The translations under genes were made by a program, and so were the position numbers. From Anaerohalosphaeraceae bacterium (GTDB taxonomy: Bacteria > Planctomycetota > Phycisphaerae > Sedimentisphaerales > Anaerohalosphaeraceae), in NCBI GenBank assembly GCA_963675525.2, contig CAXXSL010000013.1, positions 640,001 to 704,000 on the forward strand: DNA of 64,000 nucleotides, read 5' to 3'. The notes beneath the pieces are model-generated. The model ran no database searches. It had not been told where the DNA came from and saw nothing but the letters and a program-made list of their open reading frames with translations. Positions 27,669-38,109 of this stretch are shown in pieces. Position 1 is the first letter of the stretch, and each line of letters opens with the position of its first letter.

Positions 27669-28322
27669 ATGTCACCACAAACGGCACACTCACCTGCTAC
27701 GCAAACCGTTGTTTCGCTTCCGCTGCGTCGGTTGTCACCACATCCGGCTAATCCCAACCGCATGAGCAATGCGGCATTCAATAAACTCGTCAAGCATATC
27801 GAACGTACCGGCCAGTATGAACCGATCGTCGTTCGCAAACATCCGGTCCGCAAGAACGCCTTTCAAATCCTCAACGGCCATCACCGAGCCAGAGCGTTAA
27901 GCCGCCTCGGGCATACCCGCGCCGACTGCGTGGTGTTCACCGCCGACGACGCACAGGCATTGGTCTACCTGGCAACGCTGAACAAACTGACCGGGCGGGA
28001 CAACGCACGTAAAAAGGCCGGGCTCATCGAGCAGCTATGTAAACGCTACGCCAGCAAAGACCTCTCACACATGCTGCCCGAAAGCAGGACAGCCATCCAG
28101 AAACTAAACTGCCTGGCCCGACAGCAGCCGTTACCGAAGCCGAGGACCCAAACACCGTTCCTGGTGCCGCTGACATTCTTCGTCACCGAACCGCAGCACC
28201 AGCTCATCAGCGAGGCATTCGATAAGGCGGTCAGGCAAAACGAATCGGGGAGCCGGACCGAAAAACGCCTGCTGGCCTTGTGCCGCATCGCCAAAAACTA
28301 CCTCGGCAAGGATGTGTTTTAG
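27669..28322 (+). CDS. ParB/Srx N-terminal domain protein (phage type)
   Basis: LSPHPANPNRMS, GQYEPIVVR, FQILNGHHRARA, TLNKLTG; GAAAGGAG RBS. Confidence 0.9.
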   Translation: MSPQTAHSPATQTVVSLPLRRLSPHPANPNRMSNAAFNKLVKHIERTGQYEPIVVRKHPVRKNAFQILNGHHRARALSRLGHTRADCVVFTADDAQALVYLATLNKLTGRDNARKKAGLIEQLCKRYASKDLSHMLPESRTAIQKLNCLARQQPLPKPRTQTPFLVPLTFFVTEPQHQLISEAFDKAVRQNESGSRTEKRLLALCRIAKNYLGKDVF

Positions 28323-28344
28323 ACTGGGCCATATTGGGCGAAAG

Positions 28345-28379
28345 AAAAAAGGCTGCACGGTATGCCCCGCGCAGCCTTT
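28345..28379. terminator. Probable bidirectional intrinsic terminator
   Basis: AAAAAAGGCTGC...GCAGCCTTT between convergent genes. Confidence 0.55.
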
Positions 28380-28402
28380 GCAATAAAGCTCAAAAACATT
28401 TG

Positions 28403-29080
28403 TTATTTTCTTTTACGAAACAATGCCAAACCACCGAGGGCAAGCAGCAGCATCGTCGTCGGCTCGGGAACCTGGCAAATGGTATCAATCAGAATCGAAT
28501 CCAGCAGCCTGGGCGTAACCATAAAAATCTCAACTCTCTCCCATTCCGGATTGGGCTCCAATACAATTTCAAAAACGGAGTGATACCACAGATACCCGCT
28601 ATCCGGACCAAGGGCGAATTGTTCCGTCCAGAGATGCGTCCCTGTTACATGATCGCCATCGGAAGGATAATAACCGATCGCTTGTATGTAGAAATCCTCC
28701 TCCTCCGGCAAAAGTCCAGGTGCCAATGCCCAGTTCAATTGAATCCAGATGCGTTTTTCCGGAAGCGGTTCCGAAAAATTTTCTATATCCATCACCATTA
28801 AGAAAGGATCTTCAACAACACCCGATAAACCATCCAGGGATTGATAAACTGTTTCGTAATCCGCAAATATCATATTCCCGGTCCCATCAGTAAATTCAGC
28901 CTCAAATAACAGTGTTTCCGGATCTTGCCGAGAAAAGTCCCAGACATTGTGCGTGGTACGTTCCTGCCCAGCCCAATCCGGCGGGGTCTCATATAGATCG
29001 GGGGGTAATACGATAATTGCCCGGGCAGTGGTCGTAAAAATCAGTGCGATCAGTACGAGTAAAAAAAGTGTTCGTTTCAT
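28403..29080 (-). CDS. PEP-CTERM sorting domain protein
   Basis: Signal peptide and C-terminal VPEPTTMLLLALGGLALFRKRK. Confidence 0.92.
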   Translation of the reverse strand: MKRTLFLLVLIALIFTTTARAIIVLPPDLYETPPDWAGQERTTHNVWDFSRQDPETLLFEAEFTDGTGNMIFADYETVYQSLDGLSGVVEDPFLMVMDIENFSEPLPEKRIWIQLNWALAPGLLPEEEDFYIQAIGYYPSDGDHVTGTHLWTEQFALGPDSGYLWYHSVFEIVLEPNPEWERVEIFMVTPRLLDSILIDTICQVPEPTTMLLLALGGLALFRKRK

Positions 29081-29528
29081 CTTTCCATCCTCCAAGTGAA
29101 TGTGAATATTGATCTTTACACCGATGGTTTAAACATAATGGGAGTATTTATGCCGGAGGGGAAACATAGCCATATACATCCGATGTGAATCTTCTCATCT
29201 TTATCGTCCCATCCTCTCCCACTCTATAAAAATGACGTTCATCGCTACCGGTCGAAGAACCATAGTAATATATTAATGTTCAGAATGCCCAAAGTCAATA
29301 AAAAACAATAATCTGTGTGCTTTATTAACAGAATTAGGTGTTTTATCTGTCTTTTTGGCCTGAATTGGCACACAAACCAGCATGACTTCCCCAAATCGGA
29401 CATAGGCACGGGACAATATTGGTAAATCACTTTCGCCCAAACAGAGGCTTGCATGATTCCGAGAAAACGGGTATATTAAGAGGCAATCGTGCGGTATTTT
29501 AAATGCCTTTACTGTTTGAAAGGAATCA

Positions 29529-29699
29529 ATGATGGCAATTCTTAAGATTATTTTGGCGATTTTTCTTCCTCCCGTCGCGGCGTTTCTGCAGGTCGGAGTC
29601 AGCACTCACTTTTGGATCAACATCGTTCTCTGCCTGCTGGGCGGTATCCCCGGCGTGATCCATGCTTTGTGGCTGGTATTGACCAACAAGACCGCATAG
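29529..29699 (+). CDS. YqaE/Pmp3 family small membrane protein
   Basis: Below the ORF-track cutoff; translated manually as MMAILKIILAIFLPPVAAFLQVGVSTHFWINIVLCLLGGIPGVIHALWLVLTNKTA; AAGGA RBS. Confidence 0.9.
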   Translation: MMAILKIILAIFLPPVAAFLQVGVSTHFWINIVLCLLGGIPGVIHALWLVLTNKTA

Positions 29700-29793
29700 C
29701 TCAAATCCGCACTAATGAAGATATACGCCATGCAACACTGACTTCGAATGGATGATCCGGCTTTGCAGCGTAAAACAATAAGGGGCTGTTGTG

Positions 29794-30243
29794 ATGAAAA
29801 TCCTGATCGTTGAAGATGATGCTTCCTTGCGTGATCTGATACAGATGTATCTGTCCGATTACGGCAGTTGCGACCTGGCAGCAAACGGGCAGGAAGCTAT
29901 CGCCGCGGTTGAGCGTGCGATTGATTCCGGCACGCCCTACGACTTGGCCTGCATGGACGTCATGATGCCCGAGATGGACGGGCTTGAGGCTTTGAAAATA
30001 ATACGCCGGCTGGAATTCAAGCATTTCCAGGATGGCCTGCAGAGCATGAAGATCATTATGATCACCTCCAAAGGCATGGCCAAAGATATCATGACGGCTT
30101 TGGGCTCCGGAGCTGAAGGATACCTCACTAAGCCCTTCAGCAGTAAACAACTCTTCGAGCAAATCCGCCAACTGGGTCTGCTCGACGAATCCGCCCAAGA
30201 CGAAGAAACCCAAGACACTGAAGATACAGACATGCCACTTTAG
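29794..30243 (+). CDS. Single-domain response regulator (CheY-like)
   Basis: MKILIVEDD, CMDVMMPEMDG, IMITS, YLTKPF. Confidence 0.93.
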   Translation: MKILIVEDDASLRDLIQMYLSDYGSCDLAANGQEAIAAVERAIDSGTPYDLACMDVMMPEMDGLEALKIIRRLEFKHFQDGLQSMKIIMITSKGMAKDIMTALGSGAEGYLTKPFSSKQLFEQIRQLGLLDESAQDEETQDTEDTDMPL

Positions 30244-30361
30244 CATTTCGGTCACATCGTCAATGACGAATGGCCATGCTCTGAAAACCCCCTTTCTTTT
30301 GCTTTTTTGACGTATCCAGAATCATCGTTCCAAACATCCATCGCAAGATGACTTTCAATTA

Positions 30362-30381
30362 TCGGTCAAGATGTGTTTTGA
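30362..30381 (+). repeat. Possible remnant of the ParB gene 3' end
   Basis: GGTCAAGATGTGTTTTGA (GQDVF*) versus GGCAAGGATGTGTTTTAG (GKDVF*); short match. Confidence 0.4.
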
Positions 30382-30405
30382 GGAATATGGGTATCGACAG
30401 CCACA

Positions 30406-30436
30406 CTCCGGCGACAGCGATTGACTGTCGCCGGAG
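30406..30436. terminator. 12-bp GC-rich hairpin downstream of the 30478 gene
   Basis: CTCCGGCGACAG / CTGTCGCCGGAG. Confidence 0.5.
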
Positions 30437-30477
30437 CTTGCCGAAGCTGTTTGTCGTTATTCTGTTGGTCTGCCGTG

Positions 30478-33400
30478 TCAGTAAATCTGCAATAACCAAT
30501 ATCTCGCAATGATCGCAAAGTCTCGCAGATTCACAATACCGCTTTCATTGATATCCATGTATTCACACCAGTCGGGTTCGCTGCACTCATCGAGCCAGTT
30601 GTCAGCCAGAGCTTCCAACTCCGTTTCGTTAATCAAACCATCTCCATCGTCGCCGGTATCCGTGTATCGGAACTCATAGGCACCCATATCGACTTCTTCG
30701 ACCCCGTCGCCATCGAAAATCCGGGACCGATTACCGAAATCAAGCGGCAGCGGTTCGCTGGTATTCATATCATTGTCAAGGTCTGCAATATCCGCCGGCA
30801 GTGAATTGCTGTCGCCGATATTAATGCAGGGCGAATCAATCGAAAGCTTATAACAGTCATCGGGCGTGCCAATGATATTGTCGTCACTTGCAGGATCAAC
30901 AAACATCGGTTCGGCGTCAATATTTCCGGTGCCGGATCCTGCCCATCCGCCTTCGACATCACAATAATCAACGGTTGTCCCGCTGGCAGGACCATCATTA
31001 ATTTGCGTGCCAGAACTGGCGGTATTGCCATAAATGATACTGTTGGTCACAGAAGGGAAGCTTTGGTGATTGGCGATGCCACCACCCGAGCCGCTGCCGA
31101 GCGAAGAATTGGCGAAGATGGTGCAGTTTGCGATCGTTGAATTGCTGTTATTATTGAACATCCCGCCGCCGCGGTAGGTGTAACTGGCATTGTTTGCCAC
31201 ATTGGCGGTGATGATACACTGGACAAACATGGGCTCACCGTAGTAATTATAAATAGCCCCGCCAGAATTATCACAGCTATTGCCATAGAATCCGCAGTTA
31301 ATAAAATCGGGATTACGGTCTACACTGATAAAACCCCAAGAGTTGTACACACCACCGCCGCCGTCGGCGCTGTTGCCGGAGAAGATGCAGTTGACAATGT
31401 CCATCTCGCAATCGCTATTATACATCCCTCCGCCATTGCCGCCAGCCTGATTACCGGTAAAAACACAGTCAGTGATGTCCTGATCAAGACCGCCATTATA
31501 CATCCCAGCCCCGATGCCGCTGAATGTCGAGTTGCCGGTAAAGAGGCAGTTGCTGATCGATGGATTACTGGAGCCGTTATACATGCCGCCCCCGCCGCCG
31601 TTTGCGGTGACGGAATTATTGGAAAATGTGCAATGGGTTACGGTCAGATCACAATTATAATAATTATACATACCGCCGCCGCCGTTCTCTGCCATGTTAT
31701 CCGTAAAGATGCAGTTGGTGATCGTCGGATCGCAACCGAAGAAACCGCCATCATGGTTATTGTACATGCCGCCACCATAACAGTGTGGGTTCGTCCCATA
31801 GGCGTTTCCGCCGGTGATGGTAAATCCGTCGAGAACAGCCGAGTTACTCAACACGACTGTCGCCGGATGATAAAAGACATGGTAGCAGTTGTCATTAGTC
31901 TGACCGACAGTGCCGATATCACCGCTAAGGATGGTGACATAGGCTTCCGGATCGCGGTCGTCCCAGTTGGGCGAACCGGTGTCATCAAAACCGCCATAGA
32001 TTCCAACGCCATCAATCATCCGGAAGCTGGCATATCGATCGTTTGGATCGATCGGGTTGGTTGGCTTGTACGTCCCTTCGGCCACCCAAATATTGATGAC
32101 ATCCGGGTCGGATTGCGCCTGTGTCATCGCATCCTGCAGAGAGGTATATGCATCTTCCCAAGTTGAACCGTCATTATTGCCGGTTGCGTTTTCCTTAACG
32201 AAAACCACGAAAGTCAGCCGGTATTCATACGCGCCCATATCCACGATCGGCGGCGTGCCGTTGCCGGTGTCGGGCATTGTGGTGTCATCGAGATATCGCG
32301 GATTGCCGTCCAGATCCGTGGTGATCCAGCCGAGTAATGCATCATTGTCTCCGGCATCAGCACACTGCGAACCGTCGAACAACCTCAGGTCGTCATCTTC
32401 AGTCCCAGGCTCCCCGTCCAGTCCGTATGGATCGACAAACAGCGGGTCGGCATTAATGTTGCCGGTGCCGCCGGACCAACCCTCAATATCACAGTAAGTG
32501 ACATCTGCTGCGTAATAAAGATTGCTGATCTGAGAACCGCTTGGAGCGGTGTTGCCCCAAAGAATGCAGTTGGCTATATCCGGGACATATTGGTCATTGT
32601 CCGGCTCGGACCGGATCGCACCTCCGGCGGAGTCTGCTGAATTGTTCCAGAAGGTACAGTTGGTCAGATGCATATTTGTTTCCGAGAGGCGCATGGCACC
32701 GCCTTTCTCGTCGGCATGGTTTCCGCTGAAGAGGCAGTTGGTCATGTAGGGTTCATTGACGAAACCAATGGCAAATGCTCCGCCCTCGACAGTCGCCGTG
32801 TTGCCCAGAAAACGACAGTTGATAATTTTGGTGGACTGGTATGAAGCGGTATTATAACACTCCAGTCCGCCGCCGTACTGGGCACTGTTGTTGATAAACA
32901 TGCAGTTCCGTACATCCACTTTTCCATAATCAACGTGAATTCCGCCGCCGCCGCCATTGGTTCCGCAGGTGTTATCGCTGAACGTGCAATCTATTGCTCT
33001 CAGGGGAGCGAGAGAGACTCCATCCTTGTTGAGATAACTGTATATCCCTGCCCCATCGTCGATACTTTGGTTGTCGCGAAAATGGCAGTTGAGAATTTTT
33101 GGGGCACAGTTATAGTTATACATCCCGCCGCCATGATAATAATCATTTGGATCCATGCCGTAATCCGCATTGCCGTAAGCAACGGTAAACCCATCCAGAA
33201 TCGCTGTACCATCCAGGGCCAAATCGTTGGGATGATAAAAGACATGGTAGCAATAATTGTTCGGATCACCGGTCATGCCGATATCGCCGGAGAGAATGGT
33301 CTCGAACAGTTCCGGGTCGCGCGTCACTAAATTGGGTTCGCCGCTCGGTGGAAAACCGCCGTAGATTGCAAGGTCATTTTTCATCTGAAAGGTGGCGGTG

Positions 33401-33660
33401 CGATCATCAAACGGATCGATCGTGGCTGTCGGTAGGTAAATGCCCTGAGCCACCCATATTTCATCGCTGACATCATCGAAAAGGTTCGGGTCTTCCAGTG
33501 CCTCCTGCAGTGTGCCGTAAGCCGTCGCCCAGCTTGTGCCGTCCCCTACATAAGGGAGACCTTCTCGAACATAGATCGGTGTGGCATTGCAGGTCCATGT
33601 GGTTGTCAGGACCAGAAACACAAGAACATAAAAATCGCTCGAATTTAATGTCGTTTTCAT
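30478..33660 (-). CDS. Large secreted right-handed beta-helix repeat protein (two modules) with dockerin/EF-hand-like tail
   Basis: DGTSWATAY and DGSTWEDAY starts, GGGMYN...NCxFxxN repeats, VDMGAYE twice, C-terminal DINESGIVNLRDFAIIARYW. Confidence 0.9.
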   Translation of the reverse strand: MKTTLNSSDFYVLVFLVLTTTWTCNATPIYVREGLPYVGDGTSWATAYGTLQEALEDPNLFDDVSDEIWVAQGIYLPTATIDPFDDRTATFQMKNDLAIYGGFPPSGEPNLVTRDPELFETILSGDIGMTGDPNNYCYHVFYHPNDLALDGTAILDGFTVAYGNADYGMDPNDYYHGGGMYNYNCAPKILNCHFRDNQSIDDGAGIYSYLNKDGVSLAPLRAIDCTFSDNTCGTNGGGGGIHVDYGKVDVRNCMFINNSAQYGGGLECYNTASYQSTKIINCRFLGNTATVEGGAFAIGFVNEPYMTNCLFSGNHADEKGGAMRLSETNMHLTNCTFWNNSADSAGGAIRSEPDNDQYVPDIANCILWGNTAPSGSQISNLYYAADVTYCDIEGWSGGTGNINADPLFVDPYGLDGEPGTEDDDLRLFDGSQCADAGDNDALLGWITTDLDGNPRYLDDTTMPDTGNGTPPIVDMGAYEYRLTFVVFVKENATGNNDGSTWEDAYTSLQDAMTQAQSDPDVINIWVAEGTYKPTNPIDPNDRYASFRMIDGVGIYGGFDDTGSPNWDDRDPEAYVTILSGDIGTVGQTNDNCYHVFYHPATVVLSNSAVLDGFTITGGNAYGTNPHCYGGGMYNNHDGGFFGCDPTITNCIFTDNMAENGGGGMYNYYNCDLTVTHCTFSNNSVTANGGGGGMYNGSSNPSISNCLFTGNSTFSGIGAGMYNGGLDQDITDCVFTGNQAGGNGGGMYNSDCEMDIVNCIFSGNSADGGGGVYNSWGFISVDRNPDFINCGFYGNSCDNSGGAIYNYYGEPMFVQCIITANVANNASYTYRGGGMFNNNSNSTIANCTIFANSSLGSGSGGGIANHQSFPSVTNSIIYGNTASSGTQINDGPASGTTVDYCDVEGGWAGSGTGNIDAEPMFVDPASDDNIIGTPDDCYKLSIDSPCINIGDSNSLPADIADLDNDMNTSEPLPLDFGNRSRIFDGDGVEEVDMGAYEFRYTDTGDDGDGLINETELEALADNWLDECSEPDWCEYMDINESGIVNLRDFAIIARYWLLQIY

Positions 33661-34002
33661 TTTCGTTTTCTCCCGTTTAAGTTGGTTCCAACATTATTGT
33701 TATACCGAGCGCCAAATCCATGCGCGCAGAGACTTCTTGTCGACAGATTAAGTAGGGAAAATACGGCTTGCGCGATACAGATTGACAGTGTGATCGAACC
33801 TGACAAAATGTTCGTCGCTGTGCATGGCGGCTGGATTCTGATAAATCCGGCTCGCTATTTGCATTTTTCTGCCCTCCTGATTAATAACAGAAAATGAAAA
33901 GCGATCGCAACAGGTGAAAAATACGAATGTCCTAAGTTCTTAGTATAGAAACATACCATTGTCTGTCAAGAAAAAAATGAAACCCCTAACAATCAAATAA
34001 GC

Positions 34003-34050
34003 GGAGCATGAATATGCATCCCGGCTGGATCACATTACTCGAAGTCTGCT
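34003..34050 (+). pseudogene. 5' remnant 1 of the replication-protein gene
   Basis: GGAGC-ATGAATATGCATCCCGGCTGGATCACATT (MNMHPGWIT), versus MHTGWIK at 47719; 25/29 nt identical to remnant 3. Confidence 0.75.
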
Positions 34051-35167
34051 AAAACGCCGTCGGATCGGACAGTGCGGCACCACCCCAAATATAAATCCAT
34101 AGAGCCATAAAACCCAAAAAAGCACCCAATAATCCATAAGCTGTAACCTTTGCCAGATCGGCATACTCCTCTCTGATAAAAGCCGCCAGCAGGGCAAAAA
34201 CGGTAACCGCAAAGAAAAGCATGGAGACATGTAAATCATGCGGAGGCAAAGCAAAGACAACAGTGGCAACCGTCCCCGCCAACAGTGAGACAAGCAATGG
34301 AGATCGGACACCGTAATGCCGGGCTGAAAGCCAGATTCCAAGGCTCGCTCCCAACGCCATTGGCGCAAACAACAACCATAACACGCCGAATTCTAAAACT
34401 CGGGCATCGGAGTTTCTGCTCCGCAGTGTACGCTGTTCCAGTGGCCCGCCAAATGCATTATCAGACTCAAACTGAAACGTATTGACGATCCGATCAACCA
34501 GGCCCGCCGCATGTTGACGATCTTTATCCTCAAAATGACAGAATACCGCCGCATGTTGCAAGCCGCCGAGGATTGTCGCCCTGATCCTGACAAACTCCTT
34601 GCCCTTAATCGACCCCTCAATACTCTCAAATGCGGTGTGGATGTCTTGCCGGTAATCATAATGAGCGTTAAAGATTTGTATATCATCAACATCGGGGATC
34701 GTGAAGCGTTCTTTGGCGTATGCGCTGTCCGTAACAAGAGCCTGCCTGTCAAACAATTCCTTAAGTTTTTGCTTTTGGTATTTTTCAGTAAGCCATTTGC
34801 TTTCGAGTTCCGAACCGGTCCCGTTCATATTATAAGCGCTGTAAATAAAAATCAGAGGCGGTTGGACACTACTCTTGTCAACCTTCTCACAAACGGTTCT
34901 GACCGTACCCCCCTGCGGCAGGCCATTCTGGACTTCTGAAAAATAATAAACGATATCCCTGCTGCGACGGGAAAGCGTATCGACATTCGCAGCCTGCCAG
35001 CCATCAGGGGGGACAAATGAAAAATATTCTGCATGGCTGTCTTTGCAGAGATACCTTTCAGGACCTTGAGTCCAGGCAGATAACACCAGCCCGCTCAGAA
35101 AAAAACTGCAAAGACCATAAAACAAGTATCGTATATGTATCGAATGAAATTTGCTGTGCATCATCAA
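34049..35167 (-). CDS. Membrane protein with extracytoplasmic domain and C-terminal TM helices
   Basis: N-terminal hydrophobic segment and about 4 C-terminal TM helices. Confidence 0.7.
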   Translation of the reverse strand: MMMHSKFHSIHIRYLFYGLCSFFLSGLVLSAWTQGPERYLCKDSHAEYFSFVPPDGWQAANVDTLSRRSRDIVYYFSEVQNGLPQGGTVRTVCEKVDKSSVQPPLIFIYSAYNMNGTGSELESKWLTEKYQKQKLKELFDRQALVTDSAYAKERFTIPDVDDIQIFNAHYDYRQDIHTAFESIEGSIKGKEFVRIRATILGGLQHAAVFCHFEDKDRQHAAGLVDRIVNTFQFESDNAFGGPLEQRTLRSRNSDARVLEFGVLWLLFAPMALGASLGIWLSARHYGVRSPLLVSLLAGTVATVVFALPPHDLHVSMLFFAVTVFALLAAFIREEYADLAKVTAYGLLGAFLGFMALWIYIWGGAALSDPTAF

Positions 35168-35257
35168 TCGCTCCCGAAAACGACGCCCAACATAGCAACC
35201 TTTAGAATAATGTCAACTAAATTCAATTTATCGAAAGGAGCGAGCTCTAAGACGTGT

Positions 35258-35293
35258 AAAAAAAAGCGGGCACGACAGCGATGTCGTGCCCGC
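35258..35293 (-). terminator. Intrinsic terminator of the 35305 gene
   Basis: 12-bp stem GCGGGCACGACA/TGTCGTGCCCGC plus U8 on the minus strand. Confidence 0.75.
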
Positions 35294-35304
35294 GATTGTA
35301 GGGT

Positions 35305-37929
35305 TTAAAGACTTGCGGTTTGTTTCAGGGTCAAGGCCTCTAATTCCTGCTGCGATAAGGCATAATTATAGATGCGGACATCATCGACCATGCCCTTAAA
35401 GAAGCGATCGCGCTGATGGGTATCGCAGCCGATCTTTAGATCGTAGACATTTTGCGGAATATTTCGAACATTGTTTTCCGCGGACTGCAGGCCGTTGTTT
35501 TTATCATAGACGTACGCGGTGGTTTTGTCGGGCTGTATGACGATCGCCACGAAGGCCCATTGGTTCTCGGGGATCACCGGCCCGCCGGTCCAGTTGTATG
35601 TCTGCGAGCTGTCGTTGTTCCATGTGTAATGCAGGGTGTTATTCTGACCGAAATGCATACCGCAGGGCTGCGGCGTTCTCGAAAATACGATCCCGCTCCA
35701 GTCGGCCGCTTTCCATCCCTTGACCCATGCGGTAAACGTCGCGTTGTTCGTCACAAAGGACAGGTCCTTGATCTCGATGGCGTCATCTTTGCCGTCCAAC
35801 TCGATCGCTCCGGCCTGAATGCCCTCAGCCGGATGCCAGGTCGCTTCACTTGTCAGCATCCCGTCATGGTTCTGCCCGGAAGTGTCTTTGGCGACCAAGC
35901 CGGTCGATTCGTCCAGTTTCCAGCGGGCGATCATCGTGCCCCTGCCGAAATTCCAGACGTCGCCGGCGATCACGGTCCCATTCGGCATGATCTCGTCCAC
36001 ACGCCAATAATATGTCTCGACGCTGTCTGCCAACGCCGGGCCGTCTATTGCTGACGCATTCGAGATTTCCCTCAGCAGCTTCAAGTCCGATGCATTCGTT
36101 CCGAAATAGACCTTGTGCGACTGCGAGCCGATTCCCGGCTGCCACTGCAACTGGTACGTTTGCTTCGGGCCAACGGCACCCTGATGACACGGCACCGGAT
36201 CTGTCGCACATCCTTTGGCGCCGAAATCGCATTCCGCCAGCGCCATCGCTTTGGGAAACAGCGAGCCCAGCGGCGGAATATCATTAACGCTTGCATTGAG
36301 ATTCAACCGGTTGGGCGTCTCAGAGGTCCGGATGCAGATATTCATCCCGTCCAGCAACTGTGAAAACTCACTTAGCTGCTGATGGGCCGGGTTGAAGGGG
36401 TTTTGATGTTCCATCATGATGACCGCATCAGCGAATCGTACCACGCCTCCCGCATTGACAACGATCAGTTTGTTGGTTGTCGATGTGTTTTCCAATACCG
36501 GCTTCAACAGGCCGGCTGCGGCACGGTCGGTTTTGCTTTCGGATGCACGGAAGCATTTGCTGATGATCTGCCTGCTCGGGCTCAGCACCGTAACATTGCC
36601 CTTCTGTTCAAGATAGCAAGGGAGCATGATGTCGTCGATGGGAATGGTATACCGTCCTTCTTTTGCATCCGCCTGCAGGCCGTCAAACTCGCCGGAGGCC
36701 TGCATGGCCTGATTGGCGGTCTGAAAAAGGGTATCGAGGAAGCTCTTGGTTTTTTCGCCGTTCTTGCTCGTAATGGCAATGCCGATCGAGGCAACGGGCA
36801 ACTCCTTGATGTCTGTTACGTTTTGCGGGGCCACAACAAACACGTTGATCTGCTCGATATTGGCGAATATTTCACGTCCGATCTCGAGGCCGGTCATCTG
36901 CTTGAGCGTACCCTGGAATTTTTCTGCGGCCGGGCTGTCTGCATCGCCAAGCGAGAAACCGGCCAGGACAATGGCATCCGAAGGAACCGTCGCCAACCCT
37001 TTTGAGCTCAAGGCCGGTGTTCGGGCGATGTTATAGGCATGGCACTGATGGTCCTCGTCAAGCGTCAGATCGACGTCCAGAACAATGTCGTTATCCTGCA
37101 TCGAAAGCTGCAGCAGCAACCGCTCGATATGCGCCGGATCGGCGATCATGTTAACGATCGCAAGTTCTTCGGTATCCCCTTCGGCCTGCATCAGCCGGGT
37201 CAGTTCCTGATAGGTTTGCTTGCCGTCGGCCCACACCGTAATGACATTGGCGGCTCGCTGGTCCTTATCAACTTTTTGGAACAATGCCGAATCGGCCAGC
37301 GATGAACTGACTGTACGGTTTTTGTGTCGGGTGACGGCCTCTGCTAATTTGTCGGGCGAGTTTGCCGCGATGAAAATCGTGCCGTCATAAGCAACCGCTA
37401 CCGCGTCTTCGATGATCCATGACTGGATGCCGTCAACCGATTCAGCGGGCTTACCGGCCATGCTGATCCCGGCCATTAGCACGCCCCGCAGCGCATCGCT
37501 TTTGCCGGGCGACAGGACCGCCACAAACTCCGGCATCTCGTCATTGATGCCGGTGATGCCAACCGCAGCGCCCTGGATCTTTTTGAATTCGGCGATCATG
37601 GCCGGATTCATAATGCCCTGGATGATCCTGGCAGGACCTTCAGTCTGTGAGCCGCCCTGAGAAAGAAGCGTCGTCAGAGAATCTTCCAGAGGTGTGCCTT
37701 CAAACAAATTGAGAATGGTTTCAAGCTGTTTGCCCGGCGAGCCCAGCTCCACGTACACTTTTGTGTCGGCGGGCATGACCGTTGCCGGATCAAAATCAGC
37801 CATGGCGGTGTCTTGTGATGCGTCTTCGGCCGATTGCACGCTGGGCGTAAAGATCAACAGGCCAACCAATCCTATCGCCAATATAAGCGAAAAAGTTAGC
37901 ATTTTCATTGTATTTGTCCTTTCCTGCAT
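35305..37929 (-). CDS. Secreted protein with C-terminal LamG/concanavalin-like domain
   Basis: Signal peptide; SHKVYFGT...YYWRVDE...GDVWNF linker; WKLDESTG...FKGMVDDVRIYNYALS. Confidence 0.85.
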   Translation of the reverse strand: MQERTNTMKMLTFSLILAIGLVGLLIFTPSVQSAEDASQDTAMADFDPATVMPADTKVYVELGSPGKQLETILNLFEGTPLEDSLTTLLSQGGSQTEGPARIIQGIMNPAMIAEFKKIQGAAVGITGINDEMPEFVAVLSPGKSDALRGVLMAGISMAGKPAESVDGIQSWIIEDAVAVAYDGTIFIAANSPDKLAEAVTRHKNRTVSSSLADSALFQKVDKDQRAANVITVWADGKQTYQELTRLMQAEGDTEELAIVNMIADPAHIERLLLQLSMQDNDIVLDVDLTLDEDHQCHAYNIARTPALSSKGLATVPSDAIVLAGFSLGDADSPAAEKFQGTLKQMTGLEIGREIFANIEQINVFVVAPQNVTDIKELPVASIGIAITSKNGEKTKSFLDTLFQTANQAMQASGEFDGLQADAKEGRYTIPIDDIMLPCYLEQKGNVTVLSPSRQIISKCFRASESKTDRAAAGLLKPVLENTSTTNKLIVVNAGGVVRFADAVIMMEHQNPFNPAHQQLSEFSQLLDGMNICIRTSETPNRLNLNASVNDIPPLGSLFPKAMALAECDFGAKGCATDPVPCHQGAVGPKQTYQLQWQPGIGSQSHKVYFGTNASDLKLLREISNASAIDGPALADSVETYYWRVDEIMPNGTVIAGDVWNFGRGTMIARWKLDESTGLVAKDTSGQNHDGMLTSEATWHPAEGIQAGAIELDGKDDAIEIKDLSFVTNNATFTAWVKGWKAADWSGIVFSRTPQPCGMHFGQNNTLHYTWNNDSSQTYNWTGGPVIPENQWAFVAIVIQPDKTTAYVYDKNNGLQSAENNVRNIPQNVYDLKIGCDTHQRDRFFKGMVDDVRIYNYALSQQELEALTLKQTASL

Positions 37930-38044
37930 CTAATGATTTTCCCTGTTTTAAACGACGATTCCATTCAACTTATATGGGTATAGTCGCAGGCAAAGGGGGA
38001 GCATTTCATCGCAACGATGAAAAATTAAGAAAAATATATCTCAA

Positions 38045-38109
38045 GAAGGAGCTGTTTATGAGTACTTCACACAGCTGGATCAAATTGGTTTGGGTGTTTG
38101 CTGGACGAC
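38045..38109 (+). pseudogene. 5' remnant 2 of the replication-protein gene
   Basis: AAGGAG-ATGAGTACTTCACACAGCTGGATCAAATTG...GGTGTTTGCTGGACGA (MSTSHSWIKL, then a frameshift). Confidence 0.8.

Noticed and set aside
35233..35242. GAAAGGAGCG as a fifth replication-gene remnant
   Set aside because: The position fits, but it is only an RBS-like string with no coding similarity following.
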